Positions 59,666 through 64,000 of a stretch of DNA of 64,000 nucleotides are shown piece by piece. How positions within the stretch are numbered: position 1 is the stretch's first letter; each line of letters opens with the position of its first letter. The stretch lies in assembly GCA_043783155.1 (NCBI GenBank), contig JAYVZS010000141.1, positions 5,428 to 69,427 of the forward strand. The letters are read 5' to 3'. The position numbers and the translations under genes were made by a program. Under the pieces are notes generated by a model. It saw only the letters and a program-made list of their open reading frames with translations. It had not been told where the DNA came from and ran no database searches. The stretch comes from Bacteroidota bacterium (GTDB taxonomy: Bacteria; Bacteroidota; Bacteroidia; AKYH767-A; 2013-40CM-41-45).

Positions 59666-60310
59666 TTATTTTTTGATGACTAAATGATTCGTCAGCAATT
59701 CCCGCAAATGTTTTTTAACACGCAGTTTATTTTTTTCATCAAAGATTGTATTGGTCTTAGGATCGAGGTTGAGTAGTTTGCAAACCATCATCGACGAATC
59801 CGTTACTTTCGAAATGGTTCCGACCAGCGTCGCAATCGTACATTCAATGTCAACTTTCCTGAATACTTTTTTACGCTGACCTTCTTCAATCATCTTGCGA
59901 ATTTCATTCATGTTGCGCATGAGAATTCCTGTAATCACTTCATGCATTTTAGAACGTTGCTGCAAGGCGATTTCACGTTGAAGAATTTTATGGAACCGGT
60001 GATTGTCGAAAATACGGTCCACATAGATGTCGACGAGCTTTTCAATTTTGGTAATCGGATCATATTGTTTCTGGTTCAGCGACTGAAGTTTTTCATGGGC
60101 ACCTCCGGCACGATATTCTACCAGCGCTTCAAACAATTTTTCTTTCGAACCGAAATAATAAGAAACCATGGCCACGTTGATATGTGCTTTCGTAGCAAGT
60201 GTACGTACGGAAGTGCCTTCGTACCCATGCTCGGCAAAAAGTGCTTCCGCGACTTCCAATATCTGTTCTCTCTTGTTTATTGTTTTCAAAACGGGGGCAA
60301 AGTTAAACAA
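59666..60310 (-). CDS. TetR/AcrR family transcriptional regulator
   Basis: The N-terminal HTH is KREQILEVAEALFAEHGYEGTSVRTLATKAHINVAMVSYYFGSKEKLF. Confidence 0.85.
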   Translation of the reverse strand: MFNFAPVLKTINKREQILEVAEALFAEHGYEGTSVRTLATKAHINVAMVSYYFGSKEKLFEALVEYRAGGAHEKLQSLNQKQYDPITKIEKLVDIYVDRIFDNHRFHKILQREIALQQRSKMHEVITGILMRNMNEIRKMIEEGQRKKVFRKVDIECTIATLVGTISKVTDSSMMVCKLLNLDPKTNTIFDEKNKLRVKKHLRELLTNHLVIKK

Positions 60311-60435
60311 GTGTTTAAATTAAACAAATGTTTAATAAATTTTTTAGGGGGTAACTGAAGAGGTCGCTCCCGACAGGAAATTATGCTTCTATTGTTGAAG
60401 TTTTACCTTTACATCTTCAAATAAACAATCTGTCT

Positions 60436-61323
60436 GTGTCTGAACGAAAGATCACCCCTTCCTTTGATTTATACAAAACGCTTGACAATGACAAGCGTTT
60501 TGAGTTCAGCCTGCTGGAAGAAAGCTACCATCCGTATGATGCTTCACTGCCGCATCGTCATAATTATTTTGAAATCCTGTTGTTCAAAGAGAGCGGTGGA
60601 ACACATGAAATTGATTTTGCGGCTTATCCGATCAAAGAGAATTCGCTTCACTTCATTTCACCCGAACAGGTGCACGTGATGCGAAGGGAAAAGCATGTAA
60701 CCGGATATGTATTGTCCTTTACCAAAGAATTTTTCCTGGAAGAAATGAATGGTTCGGCTTTTCTTGATAGTCTTCCTTTTTTTAATAACCCATATACATC
60801 TCCCGTCGCCGGTCTCAGTAATTCGGAGCTGCAAAAGCAACTGTCAGAAATCATTTCGAAAATGCAACAGGAATATTTTTCTTCAAATGAGGATAAGACG
60901 GAGTTACTCTTACCTTATCTTTCCATCTTTCTCGTCCTAGCGAAGCGAGTGTATGCTTCGGAAACTGTTTCCGGGAAATCCATTCCTGTCCGTTCAGATA
61001 ATACCTACAAATTTAAAAAACTGGTGGAACAGAATTTCAGACAGATGAAATCTGTTGCCGAATATGCTGAGATACTTAACATCACCTCGGGTCATCTGAA
61101 TGATACGGTTCAGAAGGAAATCGGGAAAACCACCAGTGAGATTATTCACGAGCGGATTATCCTGGAAGCAAAACGCCTGTTGTATCATTCACCAAAAAGT
61201 GTGAAGGAGATCGCGTATGAACTTTTGTATGACGACCCTTCTTACTTCGCCCGTTTTTTCAAGACGCATACACAGCTAACGCCTGAACAATTCAGAAAGC
61301 GCATCCGTGAAAAATACCAGTGA
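60436..61323 (+). CDS. AraC family transcriptional regulator (N-terminal cupin-like sensing domain, C-terminal double HTH)
   Basis: The C-terminus has the AraC-type HTH pattern (…SVAEYAEILNITSGHLNDTVQKEIGKTTSEIIHERIILEAKRLL…YFARFFK…). Confidence 0.8.
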   Translation: MSERKITPSFDLYKTLDNDKRFEFSLLEESYHPYDASLPHRHNYFEILLFKESGGTHEIDFAAYPIKENSLHFISPEQVHVMRREKHVTGYVLSFTKEFFLEEMNGSAFLDSLPFFNNPYTSPVAGLSNSELQKQLSEIISKMQQEYFSSNEDKTELLLPYLSIFLVLAKRVYASETVSGKSIPVRSDNTYKFKKLVEQNFRQMKSVAEYAEILNITSGHLNDTVQKEIGKTTSEIIHERIILEAKRLLYHSPKSVKEIAYELLYDDPSYFARFFKTHTQLTPEQFRKRIREKYQ

Positions 61324-61433
61324 TTCCGTATTATTGTTATTGATATAGGAGTATAATAGCTATACTCTTGCATTGAAATAGTCGATTGATTTATTAACAT
61401 TCTTAATTCATCATTGATAAATAACAAACTCCA

Positions 61434-62678
61434 ATGCGAAATTCAAAATCAATACTTGTTATTATTATTGTCTTTGCCTCTATAACAGCAAGCGGACAAT
61501 GGACTTCTCTCAACTCATCAACAAGTCTCAACCTCGGCGTCATCAAACAAACCCCTTCAGGCGCGCTGTTGGTTGCAAGTTCCGGGGAAGCATTTCCACC
61601 TTCTTCGGGAATCATTTTGAAATCGGATAACGAAGGTGCTACGTGGTACATTGTGGCGAACAATAGCAAGGGATTCAGTGACATTGTATTTCCATCACAA
61701 AATTTTGGGCTGGCGATCGCGAAAAGCCGTGATACCATATTTAGGAGTACTGACGGAGGAAATACATGGCAGGAGCAATATTCAATAAATAGCTTTGGTT
61801 CAGGATATGGTTTCCCACAGGTTGCGTTTACGGATTCGCTCACCGGTTATGCACCCGGATATAAAACAAGCGACGGAGGTAACTCCTGGGTTTTGCAAAA
61901 CCAGACGCTAAATTTTTTTCCTTACGTGCCAGCTGGCATAACATTCCTGAACGATTCTACGGGAGTTGTTGTTGGAAATGGATATTGGGGTGTTAATTAT
62001 AAAACGACAGACAGGGGTGTGACGTGGTCTGCTGTAATCGTTCCTTATTTTACATGGGAAATTTATTCTGTTTATTTTCCAACTGCAAGCATCGGCTATT
62101 GCACAAGTAATAAATTGCAAACGGCACATGAAACAGAAATTTTAAAAACGGTGGATGGTGGCGATACGTGGACAAGTATTTATACCCAATCTCCGTTTAT
62201 CTATTGTCCATCTGTTTTTTGTACCGACTCCAATACGTGTTATGCAGTGGGCAGTTCAGGGACCATTATGAAAACGACGGATGGTGGTGTTACATGGGGT
62301 TCACAAGGATCAGGCACAACCCAAACTCTTCGAAAAGTTTTTTTCACCAATGCAGATACCGGCTACATTGTCGGTGACAGCGGCACCATTCTGAAGACAA
62401 CCAATGGCGGCGGCTTTGTCGGAATCCGGGAATCCATAGGCGATGCAACGTTTAAAGTGTTTCCCAGTCCTGCTCATGATGAATTGACGGTTGAGAACAA
62501 TTTGAATCAATCAGTTCTATTCGGGTTGTACAATTCTATGGGAGAGAAAATCATCGACAAAACATGGAAGGAAAAAATAAACAAGATTGATATATCCGCA
62601 GTTTCAAACGGAATATATTTTTATAAAATCACTTCTGAGAAAGGCATTCTTAAAGCAGGAAAAATTATTAAACACTAA
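61434..62678 (+). CDS. secreted BNR/Ycf48-like repeat protein with a type A T9SS C-terminal sorting domain
   Basis: It has a signal peptide and at least seven repeats of the form (S/T)xDGGxTW. The C-terminal ~80 aa match the T9SS CTD pattern (…FKVFPSPAHDELTVE…NGIYFYKITSEKG…). Confidence 0.7.
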   Translation: MRNSKSILVIIIVFASITASGQWTSLNSSTSLNLGVIKQTPSGALLVASSGEAFPPSSGIILKSDNEGATWYIVANNSKGFSDIVFPSQNFGLAIAKSRDTIFRSTDGGNTWQEQYSINSFGSGYGFPQVAFTDSLTGYAPGYKTSDGGNSWVLQNQTLNFFPYVPAGITFLNDSTGVVVGNGYWGVNYKTTDRGVTWSAVIVPYFTWEIYSVYFPTASIGYCTSNKLQTAHETEILKTVDGGDTWTSIYTQSPFIYCPSVFCTDSNTCYAVGSSGTIMKTTDGGVTWGSQGSGTTQTLRKVFFTNADTGYIVGDSGTILKTTNGGGFVGIRESIGDATFKVFPSPAHDELTVENNLNQSVLFGLYNSMGEKIIDKTWKEKINKIDISAVSNGIYFYKITSEKGILKAGKIIKH

Positions 62679-62699
62679 CCATTTCTAATTTCAATCCCC

Positions 62700-64000
62700 A
62701 TGAAACATTTATTATTTATTCTAATCGTCTTGTTGTTTTTAACAGGGATAAGCGCCGAAGCGCAAACTCCGCCTGTCTGGACACACGATATTAATTCTTC
62801 TCCCGATACAGCTTCTCTTTTTCCTGTCCGTACTCTCAATGACGACAGCAATCATGTATATGTATTAAGCACATACATGAAAACAGTGTCCGTCGGAAAT
62901 GATGAGTATAAAATATATTTGAAAAAATATGATCAGGCGGGTGCGTTAATCTGGACTTTAATATACGATCATGCCGGGACCGGTAAGCCGCAAGGGTTCG
63001 ATATGGTGATGGACCATGATGGGAACTGTTACATTGCCGGCGGACTCATGGCAACGACATACTCTAAACCTCTTATTATAAAAGTAAATACCGCCGGAGG
63101 TGTTTCATGGGAAAGAGATTCAACAACTGCTTTTAACTCTGGTAATTATGACCAGGTATTTTTTAATCACAATCGTTTGTATCTAAAGAGTTCTTATGGT
63201 ATTGCGAAATTTGATTTAAGCGGCAGCGAACGTTGGTCGCTCGGTCTTCCGGTCGGTCGCATGGCCGTTGACAATGAGGGGCAGTCCATCGTCTCTGTCT
63301 ATTTTGGAAACCCGACAAATATTTTGCGGTATGATTCTTCCGGCGTTTTAAATTTTTCTGATACAACGATCGATGCAATGCGGATTGCAACGGATGCCGA
63401 CAACAACTTCTACCTGATGTCACATAATTATCCTGTGTATAATCTTACGAAATATGATAGCGCCGGGAATTTCGAATGGAACAGAGATGTATTTTCACAA
63501 GCCAGTCCTTTTGGTGACATCGGTTTTGAGGTGTTGACGGATTTCAACAAGGATGTAATTCTGGTCGGCCTTGGTGACAGCATCTACAAGTGGTCGCCAT
63601 CGGGTAATCTTATTTGGGCGAAGTCGATGCATCGTTTAGACAGTTACCTCATCTCTGCGAAAATTGTATTTAATAATCTTATTGCTGTCGCCGGAACATC
63701 GTACGATTCCGTCGGGTATTTCCTGAAGGTGTCAACGTTTGATCTTAATGGAGATGAGAACTGGTCGGGCGTTTACAACGGTAATACAGGCGGCTCGGAA
63801 TTTGAAGTCGATTTCACCGTTGATAATTCCGGCATCTACACCATTGAAAATAATAATCAGAATACTACACTGGCAAAATTTGCAAGCCCTTTTCAATCGG
63901 CGATTGATTACAATTTACTGTGTGTAGATAGTGTGTGGTACGATCCCGCCAATCCTGCTTTCGTCAATGTGAGAGTATTTAACGGCAATGTTTCTCATCT
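62700..64000 (+). CDS. secreted beta-propeller-like repeat protein (SBBP/PQQ-like repeats); truncated by the window end
   Basis: The ATG at 62700 is followed by the signal peptide MKHLLFILIVLLFLTGISAEAQ. The ORF remains open to position 64000 and contains repeated …G(N/D)xY(I/V)xG… motifs. This ORF was translated by hand and is not in the ORF track. Confidence 0.5.
   Translation, partial: MKHLLFILIVLLFLTGISAEAQTPPVWTHDINSSPDTASLFPVRTLNDDSNHVYVLSTYMKTVSVGNDEYKIYLKKYDQAGALIWTLIYDHAGTGKPQGFDMVMDHDGNCYIAGGLMATTYSKPLIIKVNTAGGVSWERDSTTAFNSGNYDQVFFNHNRLYLKSSYGIAKFDLSGSERWSLGLPVGRMAVDNEGQSIVSVYFGNPTNILRYDSSGVLNFSDTTIDAMRIATDADNNFYLMSHNYPVYNLTKYDSAGNFEWNRDVFSQASPFGDIGFEVLTDFNKDVILVGLGDSIYKWSPSGNLIWAKSMHRLDSYLISAKIVFNNLIAVAGTSYDSVGYFLKVSTFDLNGDENWSGVYNGNTGGSEFEVDFTVDNSGIYTIENNNQNTTLAKFASPFQSAIDYNLLCVDSVWYDPANPAFVNVRVFNGNVSH

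Overview
This 64 kb window looks like a chromosomal segment from a Bacteroidota genome of roughly 40% GC. The taxon is inferred from the gldK-gldL-gldM-gldN core operon with a porP/sprF gene, from secreted proteins carrying type IX secretion (T9SS) C-terminal sorting domains, and from the local order sigma-54 activator, secG, groES, groEL. Most of the window is core metabolism: an iron-sulfur protein with a partial NrfD-like gene, der, metK, pyrE, coaD, rsmD, a tRNA-Val, icd, atpD-atpC, topA, miaB, secG, groES-groEL and a cold-shock protein. Two functional islands stand out. The first is the T9SS core operon porP-gldK-gldL-gldM-gldN on the minus strand at 20.7-26.7 kb. The second is an N-glycan degradation locus at 42.2-55.5 kb (sugar transporter, ROK kinase, GH20 hexosaminidase, glycosylasparaginase, CutC, an outer-membrane protein, GH2 beta-mannosidase, GH92 alpha-mannosidase), followed by a TetR-controlled tolC-hlyD-MFS efflux operon. 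I found no CRISPR array, rRNA, or obvious defence or mobile-element gene. The only mobile-element-like remnant is a frameshifted ORF6N/KilA-N-type gene. The most unusual content is non-coding: several short dispersed repeat families sit in intergenic spacers. They are (1) a ~110 bp element with nested hairpins in two copies, (2) the CATTGCGAGCG hairpin element in two inverted copies bracketing yqeY and the ORF6N pseudogene, (3) tandem palindromic AGACGCAA-N4-TTGCGTCT units just downstream of topA with degenerate TCTTGATTCTTG relatives elsewhere, (4) a structured element inside the atpD-atpC and groES-groEL spacers, (5) a pyrimidine-rich element with terminal inverted repeats, one relative of which lies in-frame inside miaB, and (6) a shared GCGCAAAG...CTTTGCGC palindrome in front of the first and last genes of the N-glycan locus. 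I could not run any database search, so every family assignment rests on motifs read directly from the translations.
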